Shown here: in pieces, positions 10,236 to 19,897 of the stretch
Layout: every line of letters starts with the position of its first letter
Numbering within the stretch: the first letter of the stretch is position 1
NCBI GenBank assembly: GCA_958296135.2
Contig: CATQHZ020000001.1
Coordinates: forward strand, 4,704,001-4,768,000
From: an uncultured Poribacteria bacterium
Lineage (GTDB): Bacteria; Poribacteria; WGA-4E; WGA-3G
Direction of reading: 5' to 3'
DNA: 64,000 nt
Made by a program: the position numbers and the translations under genes
The notes under the pieces: model-generated
What the model saw: the letters and a program-made list of their open reading frames with translations, nothing else
Told to the model about the DNA's origin: nothing
Database searches by the model: none

Positions 10236-12155
10236 CTACAAAAACGGATTATCGGCATCGTAATAGTAAGACGGTTGCTCAACGGAAACTTGGCTGTCCT
10301 TCGTTAAACGGATAGGCGCGGAGAATTGCTCAATAATCCCCTTCTGTGACAGCCACTCGCATGCTAATTCAAAAAAGAGGCCGCGGCGGCCGATGTTATC
10401 AAAGATGTCGGGTATCGTGCGCTCCTCACCCGCTGCCTCAAGGAAATCTAGCAACGGTTTGAAAAGCGTTGACACGCGCGCCTCCAAATATCCATCTACC
10501 TGCTCCAACACCTTCGCAAGCATCGCCTCATCTTTCGGTTTGTCAAGAATATCCGTGAAAACGGCGTTGAAAAAGGACGGATTATGCTTAATCGCTTGGT
10601 AGATAACCTTCCGCTTCGGCGTTTCGCCGTGCATGAGGGTTTCAATCCGCGCGAGCCGTCTGATGACATCTATCAAATAGACAAAGGTATAATCAAAATC
10701 GCGCTTGAGGTGAAACCATTTTTCCGCCTTCGCCAAGATAGCAGTGGCACCGCCTGCCGCGTTGAGCAGTTGGGTATGTTTATCGCGTTCGCCGACAACT
10801 CTATCTGTCATGTCCTTGAGCCAATCGGCGAGCCCCGGCTCTTTGGAAAAAAGGAGCGTGCTTTCAGCGAGGCGCGCGTGGAGCTTGCTTCCCTGTAACG
10901 TCTTCTCTAGTTGCCGCCGATACTCACTACGCGTATAGAGTTTAACCCGAAACGGCACGCTTTCTTCAATTAAAAAACATTCCGATTCGGAGCTCGCGCC
11001 TCTCTTCAATCTCGTCCCATCTCTGAGCACCACGGTGAGGTAAGGCGTTGTTTTCTCCCAGACGTTGGCCTCGGCGAGGTTGCTAGTGAGAATCGCGGCG
11101 AGGACATACCGGTCTTGCTTGAGCGTCTCGGTGAGACTCGCCACCGCATCGTGAATCCGCTGATGGATAGCGGCTCTTCCGGCAGGCTCGCGATTTCCGC
11201 TCGTAGGAAAGCCCTCTCGTTCCGGACTTCCCTCATCATAATAATACGCCGGCTCCTCCACAGAGACTTGACTCTTAACCGTCAATTTCACCGGCACCGC
11301 AATCTGCCGGAGGATACCCTTCCACGCGAGCCACTGACACACCAGCGCCAGCGATTGCTCGTCAAAACCAGCCTTGAAATGCGCGTTGATTTCGGTGTTG
11401 GAGCGCGGTGCGTTCTGCTCAATGAGGTAATCTACAATCGGCTGAAAGATGAAACACCGTTCGTCAAGGTAGGCGTTGACTGCATCCAGCACCTCTTGGA
11501 TAACAGCCGCGTTTTTCTCGCAGTTAATGAGTTCCGTATAGACACGGTTAAAGAAATCGGGGTTGTAAAGGAGCGCAGGCTGAATCACCTCGCGCGCCGG
11601 GATTTCGTCGTTGAGAAGCACCTCTATCCGCGCCAATCCTTGCACCACGTTCAACAACGTAAGAAAGCAGGTGATGACATCTCGATTCACGTAAAACTGC
11701 TTCTCGGCATAAACGAGGTTCGGCAGTGTGCTGGCGATAACGTTCAGCAGCTGGAGTTGCTTATCGCGCTCACCGATACCGTGGCGATTCGCGTTCTTGT
11801 CATACCACTCTCGGATCGATGCATCGCGTGAAAAGAGGAGCGTGCTGTGCGAGAAATAGGAGTGCATGAAAGAGCCTTGCTGCGCGCCCTCAAACATCTG
11901 CTTGAACTTGTTGCGTGGAGTCAAAGAGGCGTGAATGTTGACACCGTTTTCCACCAGCGTGAAGAAATCTTGCGTCGGACGGATGCCGTCTCTGCCGATG
12001 ATGTCGACATCCAGGTCAGATTTCTCCCAGACTTGCGCGTAGGAAAAGCTGCCTCCGACAATAACGGCGAGGATATAAGGGTCTCCCTTGATCTTCTCGA
12101 CGAGAGTTTTGACTGCCTCGTGGTATTGTTGTTCAATGGCATCTTGGGATTTCAT
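10236..12155 (-). CDS. internally duplicated nucleotidyltransferase-like protein (NTase-helical-wHTH twice)
   Basis: First half has GGSF..VWEKSDLDV. The halves share GERDKxxQLLN, LARIE, NPxFFN, CxWLxxKGI and SQVSVExPxYYYD. Start MKSQD after GGAGA. Confidence 0.8.
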   Translation of the reverse strand: MKSQDAIEQQYHEAVKTLVEKIKGDPYILAVIVGGSFSYAQVWEKSDLDVDIIGRDGIRPTQDFFTLVENGVNIHASLTPRNKFKQMFEGAQQGSFMHSYFSHSTLLFSRDASIREWYDKNANRHGIGERDKQLQLLNVIASTLPNLVYAEKQFYVNRDVITCFLTLLNVVQGLARIEVLLNDEIPAREVIQPALLYNPDFFNRVYTELINCEKNAAVIQEVLDAVNAYLDERCFIFQPIVDYLIEQNAPRSNTEINAHFKAGFDEQSLALVCQWLAWKGILRQIAVPVKLTVKSQVSVEEPAYYYDEGSPEREGFPTSGNREPAGRAAIHQRIHDAVASLTETLKQDRYVLAAILTSNLAEANVWEKTTPYLTVVLRDGTRLKRGASSESECFLIEESVPFRVKLYTRSEYRRQLEKTLQGSKLHARLAESTLLFSKEPGLADWLKDMTDRVVGERDKHTQLLNAAGGATAILAKAEKWFHLKRDFDYTFVYLIDVIRRLARIETLMHGETPKRKVIYQAIKHNPSFFNAVFTDILDKPKDEAMLAKVLEQVDGYLEARVSTLFKPLLDFLEAAGEERTIPDIFDNIGRRGLFFELACEWLSQKGIIEQFSAPIRLTKDSQVSVEQPSYYYDADNPFL

Positions 12156-12210
12156 GAGGACTTCTCCTATTTCGCGTTTCTGGTTCCTAGGACTTACACA
12201 GAAACGGTAC

Positions 12211-12240
12211 CGGTAGGCGCGGTTTGAAACCGCGCCTACG
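12211..12240. repeat. REP family B palindrome (GTAGgcgcggtttgaaaccgcgccTAC)
   Basis: Related copies near 13162, 15187, 16077, 23642, 35561, 35696, 37230, 56246 and 61561. Confidence 0.85.
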
Positions 12241-12378
12241 GGCACGTGTAGGTTTTTGCGTCAGGGCTATTCTGTTACGAACCGAAGGGAGTCCATCGTG
12301 CATAGGACAGCACGGCGAGGGAAACCCGCGGCGATTCGCGCTCGCCGGGCCCTCGCCCTACGGTAAAAATCGAAAACG

Positions 12379-13134
12379 CTACCGGGATTTCAGCGAGCCC
12401 CACATCATCGCTAATTTGCCTGATGGCGAGACAGCAAGCGCAGTCTCCCAGCCTTCTTCAGCGAGGAATTGGATGTCCTCCTCCGCTAACGCAACGCCTT
12501 TTTTGGAGATGAAAACCTCGTCTAACCCACCGAGGAGGTTCTCACTGCCCCAGCCACCGAACTTGAGAGGTGCCGGGTTATCCATGTTCGCGCCGACATT
12601 CCGCTCCGTGTCCTTTTTGCCATCGACATACAGCGAGATAACGCCTTTCCGCCGCACGGCGACAGTGTGATGCCACCCTTTTTTCACAATCTCGGTTTTG
12701 CCATCGTCAATGTGTTGCCCGCCGCCCTCAAAAATGAAAACGCCGGAATCCCTGTCAATGCTAGAGCTCATCGCCCAGAACCCCGCACCGCCGTTGCGTT
12801 TGATGACAACGTAGGCATCTAAATTCTGCGAGTCCATCCAACACCCAACGGTGAAGTCGTCGTCCTCAAAATTGAAAAGTTCGTTGTGTTCAATAGTGAC
12901 ATACTTGGGGCTGCCATCAAACTCCAACGCCTTGCCAAACTTGCCATCAATCCATTTAGGGCCATCGAATTCTCCATCGTTTCCGTTGCCAGCCAGGTCT
13001 GCCGCGGTATTACCTTTGCCTTCATCGAAGAGCCACACGCCAGCGAAATCGTCTAGGTTAATCTCGGCGTGGCTGTGTGTGACAACAATGAGACTGAGCG
13101 CGAAAAAACTGATAAACAGATTGCGAAAGTTCAT
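12379..13134 (-). CDS. secreted LamG/concanavalin-like domain protein
   Basis: Signal peptide, WLFDEGKG..AADL, GKFGKALEFDG, WHHTVAV..LYVDG, LDEV; C-terminus VSPSGKLAMMWGSLK. Confidence 0.88.
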   Translation of the reverse strand: MNFRNLFISFFALSLIVVTHSHAEINLDDFAGVWLFDEGKGNTAADLAGNGNDGEFDGPKWIDGKFGKALEFDGSPKYVTIEHNELFNFEDDDFTVGCWMDSQNLDAYVVIKRNGGAGFWAMSSSIDRDSGVFIFEGGGQHIDDGKTEIVKKGWHHTVAVRRKGVISLYVDGKKDTERNVGANMDNPAPLKFGGWGSENLLGGLDEVFISKKGVALAEEDIQFLAEEGWETALAVSPSGKLAMMWGSLKSR

Positions 13135-13236
13135 CTCTATTCCTCCTTTTGTAAAGAACCGGGTAGGCGCGCTTTGCAAGCGCGTACATGAATCGGAGCA
13201 CAATTTCAAATTCAAACAGCACCTACCGGCATTTCT

Positions 13237-14319
13237 TTAGCCTGTTTCTATCTCCACCGAGGTGCCTACCGCTGCAGAGGCGTAAATCGCATCGGTTATC
13301 TTCTGAACGACGAGGGCCTGTTCAAGGGTTGTCATCGGTTGCCGGTTTTCACGGATGGCGGCGGCGAAGTCGGATAACGGCGTTTCGTGCTTCGTCTCGG
13401 CACTAGTGCGGTTGCGAAACTCCTCAATAATATTTAGCGGAAGGCGTTCGGTATCCACGCCGTGCTCGGTTGTCGTCTCGTTGTAGATAATTCGTTCGGG
13501 ATACCGGATACCCATGTTGAGGGTAAGAGAGCCTTCGGTGCCGATGATGCGCCAATCGTCGTGGGAGTCCGCTGTCGTGTATTCGCCGCGTTCCATGCTG
13601 ATAACCGTCCCATCCTCACACCGAATGAGCGCGGCGTAGTGCGTCTCCGCATCGGAGCCGGGGGCAATGTGCGCTTCAAACACCGGCGGCACCGTCCATG
13701 TCTGTGCGAACACGGTTTTCGGTTTGAGCCGCCATCCCGTAAGCCCGAGCAGGTAGTCAATGTCGTAGCATCCCCAGTTGACAAGGATGCCGCCGCCGTT
13801 GAGTGCCTTTATCAACCGCCATGCCGGGCGCGGTGTTTCCGGTTGCCCCTTCGCGCTGATAATGGCGCGGCAGTAGACGGTGCGGAGCTCCCCAAGTTTG
13901 CCTCTGGCGACGATATCCGTCGCGATGCGTGCCGATTCAGTAAATCGCTTGCGAGAAGAACAGCACGCCGATGTCAGCTCACCACGCGCCGCGATGAACT
14001 GACGCACCTCGGCGGCATTCATGGCAATCGGTTTTTCTATCAAAACGTGCTTCCCTTTATCAAAAGCGCGCAGTGCCATCTCCGTACGATGCCGCGTCGG
14101 AAATGCGAGGACGACTGCCTCAATCTCATCGTCGTTGAGCAACGCCTCGCCGTTTGCGTAGATTCTCGGCGGATTGAAGCGTTTAGCAGCGCGATGGCGG
14201 TTCTCTTCAATCAAATCTGCAGCGGCGACGAGCTCAATGTGCGGTGCCTCTGTAGCGATGCTGAGATGCCTGCTGCCGATGACACCGCATCCGATAATCC
14301 CTACTTTTACAGGTTCCAT
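13237..14319 (-). CDS. Gfo/Idh/MocA family oxidoreductase
   Basis: VGIIGCGVIG Rossmann motif, KHVLIEKP, GGGILVNWGCY. Confidence 0.92.
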   Translation of the reverse strand: MEPVKVGIIGCGVIGSRHLSIATEAPHIELVAAADLIEENRHRAAKRFNPPRIYANGEALLNDDEIEAVVLAFPTRHRTEMALRAFDKGKHVLIEKPIAMNAAEVRQFIAARGELTSACCSSRKRFTESARIATDIVARGKLGELRTVYCRAIISAKGQPETPRPAWRLIKALNGGGILVNWGCYDIDYLLGLTGWRLKPKTVFAQTWTVPPVFEAHIAPGSDAETHYAALIRCEDGTVISMERGEYTTADSHDDWRIIGTEGSLTLNMGIRYPERIIYNETTTEHGVDTERLPLNIIEEFRNRTSAETKHETPLSDFAAAIRENRQPMTTLEQALVVQKITDAIYASAAVGTSVEIETG

Positions 14320-14342
14320 AAGGTGCTCCTTGTATCGCGCGC

Positions 14343-15134
14343 CTACCAAGCGGTTTTGAGTTCGCCCCACCGCGTCGCGAGTTTGCCGCGCGGCTCAACC
14401 GGGAGCCCCTCCGCCTCGAAAATCTGTTTCACTTCATCGGCAGAGAGTGCCTTGCTGTAAATCATTACCTCGTCGATGATGCCGACAAAGCCGCCATCAC
14501 CGGCATGGCCTATCTCCGTTTCCGAACCGCCGGTAGCCATCGGGCCATTATAATTCTGCTCTTTCTCCAACTCTCCATCAACGTAGAGCAACATATCCTT
14601 TTTGTTCACCACACCGACGAGATGGTGCCAGGCACCCTCTTTAAAGGCCGCCGCACCGAAACCGCCATCGCCTTGCCAACCGGGTGTCACGATAAATTCC
14701 ATCTCTTGTCCCGCGTTTCTGCCATCGAACCGCAGGGCCCAACCGTTGACATCGCGTTGCGCGACGATGGTGCCGCAGCAGCCGGCAACAACGCCTTTGA
14801 CAGGACTATCGCTGTCAGCATTCACCCAAGCGACAACGCTCATCTCTTCCTCACCCGCAAATTCTAGCGTGGCAGTACCAGGGATATGGACAGAATTCTC
14901 GCCGTTAAACTCCAAGGCCTTCCCGACTTTACCGGCTACGGATTTCGGATTTCCTTCAAGTTCGCCATCGTTATCACCCAAAACGTCTGCCACGGTGTTG
15001 CCGGTGATAGTGCCATCGTCAAAGGGCCAATAACTCACGACTCCCTCAAGCGGGAGTTGGGCGCGTGTCACAGGCACACTCATACAGAGCAAGGCGATGA
15101 AAATAACGAAAAGTGTTGATATTTTTTGAAACAT
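14343..15134 (-). CDS. secreted LamG domain protein
   Basis: Signal peptide, YWPFDDG, GKVGKALEFNG, WHHLVGV, IIDEVMIY; C-terminus VEPRGKLATRWGELK. Confidence 0.88.
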   Translation of the reverse strand: MFQKISTLFVIFIALLCMSVPVTRAQLPLEGVVSYWPFDDGTITGNTVADVLGDNDGELEGNPKSVAGKVGKALEFNGENSVHIPGTATLEFAGEEEMSVVAWVNADSDSPVKGVVAGCCGTIVAQRDVNGWALRFDGRNAGQEMEFIVTPGWQGDGGFGAAAFKEGAWHHLVGVVNKKDMLLYVDGELEKEQNYNGPMATGGSETEIGHAGDGGFVGIIDEVMIYSKALSADEVKQIFEAEGLPVEPRGKLATRWGELKTAW

Positions 15135-15155
15135 GGTGGGTTTATCTCCTTAAAC

Positions 15156-15181
15156 GGGCGGATAGAGAAATCCGCCCTTAC
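15156..15181. repeat. REP family C palindrome (gggcggatagagaxatccgcccTTAC)
   Basis: Near-identical copies at 19823-19848 and 53474-53499. Confidence 0.75.
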
Positions 15182-15233
15182 GAACCGGTAGGCGCGCTTA
15201 CAAAGCGCGCCTACCGGGGTTCGGATGTGCATT

Positions 15234-16022
15234 TTAATACTGCGCTTTGACATTCGCCCAAGTGGTAGGCAGCTTGTCCGCCGGTTCAACCGGTGTCAAA
15301 AGCGACGCGGACAACCCCTTTTCCATTAGCGTCTGGATGTCGTCAGCACCTAAGGCGACGTTAAAGATGGCGACTTCGTCAATGATAGCGTTCCCGAAGC
15401 GGTCGTCACAACACGTATCCCTACCGATGAAGACAGGGCCGTCATCGGCATCAATCGGATCCGTGTTGATAGTCATCGTGCTTTCAGCAACACCGTCGAT
15501 GTAGATGTTCCACTCGCCGGTAGCACTGTCAAAAGTGACGGTGTAGAGATGCCACTCGGTGATGTCCTCCGGTCCGACTTCGCCATCGCGCCAGCCGCCG
15601 GGGTTATTCCAACAACCGCCGTTACAAATCGGCCAGGAGACGTTTTTGGTATCGGCGTTCGGATGGATAATGTAGGCATCCCGTTTTTCAATGAACCACC
15701 CGTGCTGCGCCCAGGTGTCCGTCATGCTTTTTACCCACATTGAAACAGTGATTGCATCGGTAGGGTTCACATGCGCGGGGACTTCAACGTAAGCACCTAC
15801 GCCGTCAAGTTCCAGCGCGGAACCGAATTTCCCGCTCACCCACTTCGGGCCGCCCATCAGTGCGGCATCAAGCCCGCTATCGGAGGAATCCATGGCAACA
15901 TCGCCGCTGCCTTCGTCAAAAAGCCACAGGCCTGTCACATTGCCCATATCCAACGCCGCGCCGGACATAGCGGTGACAAGTAAGCAACAGAGGGATGCCA
16001 CAAAGGTTAAGATAGTTTTCAT
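15234..16022 (-). CDS. secreted LamG domain protein
   Basis: Signal peptide, LWLFDEGSG, GKFGSALELDG, IIDEVAIF; C-terminus VEPADKLPTTWANVK. Confidence 0.88.
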   Translation of the reverse strand: MKTILTFVASLCCLLVTAMSGAALDMGNVTGLWLFDEGSGDVAMDSSDSGLDAALMGGPKWVSGKFGSALELDGVGAYVEVPAHVNPTDAITVSMWVKSMTDTWAQHGWFIEKRDAYIIHPNADTKNVSWPICNGGCWNNPGGWRDGEVGPEDITEWHLYTVTFDSATGEWNIYIDGVAESTMTINTDPIDADDGPVFIGRDTCCDDRFGNAIIDEVAIFNVALGADDIQTLMEKGLSASLLTPVEPADKLPTTWANVKAQY

Positions 16023-16180
16023 GAAATCAAATCTCCTACTTGGCAGGACACACGCAAATGCCATAATTCGCCGCCCGTGGGCGCGGTTTCAAACCGCGCC
16101 CACGGGGTTCAGTCTGCGCCCATCCTATTGGTTAAAAAACAACATGTTGACAACTATTATCGCATATTGTTCAATTGATG

Positions 16181-17032
16181 TCAATGAAAAAATAGATATT
16201 CAAGCAGACGCGCGCCATCACGGAAATCGGGGATGATGATGTCCGCACCGGCCCGGATGAGGCGTTCCCGTTTATCGGCGTTCATGTTGTAGACGTTGTC
16301 CTCAACGGATGCGACACCGACAGCAATCGCGCCGACAGCTTTGGCGTTTTCAATCTCCACATACCCATCGCCAACGATGAGAAGTTCACTCCCGCTGAGC
16401 CCGAAATCAGTCAAAATGTTCTGGAGCACCATCGCTTTGGAGAACTTCTGATACTCGCGCAGCGCGCCGAAAATACCGCCATCAAAATAGGCGGCAACAC
16501 CGAGCAGTGCCGCTTCGTTCCGGACGAATGCCACATCGGTGCCACTGGCAAGATAGCAGGTAATACCCATTTCGCGTAGGCTTCGCAGAAATTCGAGGGA
16601 CATCGGCACGCGGAGCGGTTCAGCGGAGAGGGTTCCTGCCACAAGCCCTGCAATTCGTTCCTCAACGACAGGAAGCAAACGACGGTTGTATTCGTCTTTA
16701 TAGGCGAGCGGTTCTTGCGATGTGCCGCCGCGCTTCGCGATTTCTTCGCCTAACTGAATCATCTGGTAAATAGTCTGCTTGCCGGTCAGCTTATCCACAA
16801 ATTCCACGACGACTTCCTCTAGTTCCGCGCGCGTCTCGGTGGTATCGGTTTCAGTCTGGAGGAAGTCCACCATCATCGGCACCATGACGTTCTGCCAGCC
16901 ATCCCGGATAAGGGAGATAGTGCCGTCAAAATCGAAGACGACATGGCCGATGTTGCCGGTTTCAATGTCGCGATGTAACTCAATTGCTGTTCCGTCTAAG
17001 GTGTGATATTGCACTGTAGAAACGTTCTGCAT
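16181..17032 (-). CDS. HAD family hydrolase
   Basis: Motif I FDFDGTIS, motif II ASGT, motif IV VGDGYVE. Confidence 0.88.
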   Translation of the reverse strand: MQNVSTVQYHTLDGTAIELHRDIETGNIGHVVFDFDGTISLIRDGWQNVMVPMMVDFLQTETDTTETRAELEEVVVEFVDKLTGKQTIYQMIQLGEEIAKRGGTSQEPLAYKDEYNRRLLPVVEERIAGLVAGTLSAEPLRVPMSLEFLRSLREMGITCYLASGTDVAFVRNEAALLGVAAYFDGGIFGALREYQKFSKAMVLQNILTDFGLSGSELLIVGDGYVEIENAKAVGAIAVGVASVEDNVYNMNADKRERLIRAGADIIIPDFRDGARLLEYLFFH

Positions 17033-17051
17033 TGCGCGTTCTCCAAGGTAA

Positions 17052-18736
17052 TTAATGGGCTTCAGACACCACCGTCTCCTCGCCAAGCATGTCAACGATT
17101 TTCACGGCGACGCGCGCATCGGGACGCGGCAACGTAACTTCATACTCGCCACGGATAAAATCGCTCTTCTGTGCCGGGACATCACTCGCAACGATTGTGA
17201 AATGCTCCCCGGTGTAGTCGGTGTCAATCAGGACGCAATCGATCTGCGCCCGGAAATCGTCTATCTGCTCGTCAAAAGCCGTCCGGTCGATATCCAAGCG
17301 CGCCAAAATCGTCGGGCTGATGTAATCGGCGACTGTAATCTTGACTCGCTGTGCCTCGCGGGTAAACGTGACTTCTGCTTCTGCGGGCACGAACGTGGTG
17401 ACTCCGTCGTGTTGGATATCGCGGACGATGAATTTGTTTATCGGCCGGCGGCGGTTCTCTTCATCAAGTTCCGCCTGAATTCCCATCTCGCTGCCGTTAC
17501 ACAGCACGGTGACCGAACGTTCTTCGTCCGGACGCTCTCGCAGTTCGTCTTTGATATGTTGGATATCCAACCGAGTGAGCGGCCGAGTCAGATCGGCGAT
17601 TTTGACGAGCGTTCCATCTAGATGCCCATCAAAAACCAGGTCTTTCCGGTCCGTTTCCACGCCATATTTTGCGATGACAATCTGCCCGAGGTCATGCGCC
17701 TTGCTGAAGTCGTAATTATTGACGCGATAATGTGCAACGCCACGCGTCGCATTGAAGTGAGTCTGTATCCGTTTCATTGTCATATGTATCGCTCCTTTGT
17801 TCAGGTCTGCTGCAATCCAGCGTCTGCCGAGTTTCTCTGCAACAACGGCCGTGGTGCCGCTGCCGACGAAGCAGTCTAACACAATGGAATCCTCATTGCT
17901 GGATGCTTTGATAATCCGTTCAATGAGTGCCTCCGGCTTTTGCGTCGGATAATCAACCCGTTCCTTGGACATGGCATTAATAGTTGCTACGTCGAAAACA
18001 TCTTCTGGTAATTTGCCTTCGGGGTTATACGACTTGTTCCACTTTGGATCCGTGGACATTCCCCCGGGCCCGGATCGGTAAGGCACACGAACCCTATTAC
18101 CGTCAAAAAAAACTTGTGCTGCGTTTTTCGCGTAATAGAGAATTATGTCGTGCTTCTTATTCCACGTAGCGGCGGTATGCATTCCCCAACTATACCACCA
18201 CACAATCTCATTCCGAAATTGCTCCTCGCCAAAAATCTCATCCATAATTATTTTTAGGGCGTGGCTCTTCGTCGGATCGCAGTGCAGATAGATAGAACCG
18301 ACATCCGACAGCAGTTCGCGCATTAAAATGAGTCGCTCATACATGAATTGCAGGTAGTTGTCGTTCGCCCAGATATCGGTGTATTGCGTTTGTTCAAGCA
18401 CAGAGTGGCCCTCGGCCGCCAGGGCCGTCGGTTGCCCGCGCAGTTTCACCTTCCGGACGTAATCCGCCCCGCTGTCAAACGGCGGATCGATGCAGATGAG
18501 GTCGATCTTGCCGCGAAACCCCTGTACGAGTAACGTGGAGAGGATTTCCTTGTTATCCCCATGAAAAATCAGATTCGGACCGGTGACAAAGTCAGCGTAT
18601 GTAAATTTTGAAGGGGGGGGGTAATTCCAACATGGTATGTCTCAACCAGCTGTGCCGGATAGTAGTTCACCTTCTCAAGAGGGCGTTTCCCCACCCACTG
18701 TAGCATCGGCCGCCCTCTGACGGGTGTGATTTTCAT
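17052..18736 (-). CDS. mod: Type III-like DNA methyltransferase Mod B (long form), frameshifted at C9 tract 18613-18621
   Basis: ATG at 18736 ([17 protein letters not shown]) hits a stop shortly after the C9 tract. The downstream frame has [35 protein letters not shown] and a C-terminal domain of about 230 aa. Confidence 0.88.
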
Positions 18737-19757
18737 TGTGTTTCTCCCAGTTTTTGTATCCGTTTCATTGTGGTGTGTATCGCGCCTTTGTTAATGTCGG
18801 ACACAATCCAGCGTCTACCGAGTTTTTCGGCGACGACAGCGGTAGTGCCGCTGCCGACGAAGCAGTCTAACACAATGGAGTCTTCGTTGCTGGACGCTTT
18901 GATAATCCGTTCAATGAGTGCCTCCGGTTTTTGCGTTGGGTAGTTTTGCCGCTCCTTCGCGCTTCGGCTGATGATGCCGATTTCAAACAGATCGGAGGGC
19001 AGCTGCCCTTTCGGGTGCGCGTACCACTTTTTGCCAGAGGCATCCAACGTGTAATAACCGCGCGCATCCCGTTTGTAGCCCTTTAATTGCGCCTCGGTGT
19101 AAGGTTCGCGCAACTCATCCAAATTGAAAATCCAATTGTCAGGATGTTTGGCATACCAGAAAATCGTATCGTGTTTTTGGGAAAACTTCTTTTTCACCGT
19201 GCTCGCCCAGTTGTATTTCCAGACAATCTCGTTGACAAAATTCGCTTCCCCGAAGACTTCATCTAACAAAAACCGCAGCTGGTGGCTTTTATGCCAATCG
19301 CAGTGAAGGTAGATGCTCCCCTGTTCGCTGAGCAGTTCGCGCATTAAAATGAGTCGCTCATACATGAATTGCAAGTAGTTGTCGTTCGCCCAGATATCGG
19401 TGTATTGCGTTTGTTCAAGCACAGAGTGGCCCTCGGCAGCCAGTGCCGTCGGTTGTCCGCGCAGTTTTACCTTCCGGACGTAATCCGCCCCGCTGTCAAA
19501 CGGCGGATCGATGTAGATGAGGTCGATCTTGCCGCGAAACCCCTGTACGAGTAACGTGGAGAGGATTTCCTTGTTATCCCCATGAAAAATCAGATTCGGA
19601 CCGGTGACAAAGTCAACGTATGTAAATTTTGAAGGGGGGGGGTAATTCCAACATGGTATGTCTCAACCAGCTGCGCCGGATAGTAGTTCACCTTCTCAAG
19701 AGGGCGTTTCCCCACCCACTGCAGCATCGGCCGCCCTTTGACAGGAGAAATTTTCAT
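18733..19757 (-). CDS. mod: Type III-like DNA methyltransferase Mod A (short form), frameshifted at C9 tract 19634-19642
   Basis: ATG at 19757 ([17 protein letters not shown]), same C9 frameshift, IDLIYIDPPF, a distinct [13 protein letters not shown]. Its stop overlaps the Mod B start (ATGA). Confidence 0.85.
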
Positions 19758-19897
19758 AAGTGTTTAAGGATTTCACGCCGCCTGCGGCGTTGATACCTTC
19801 CTCCATTCAGGAAAATTTTGTCGGGCGGATAGAGACATCTGCCCTTACAGTCACCGCGCGGGCACGTCTTACTAAAACAGAGCCCGGCGTTAAATCG

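Noticed and set aside
13462-14460. 332-aa plus-strand ORF and similar long antisense ORFs over pcrA, gltB and the kinase
   Set aside because: They lie opposite well-supported genes, carry no motifs, and are expected at this GC content.
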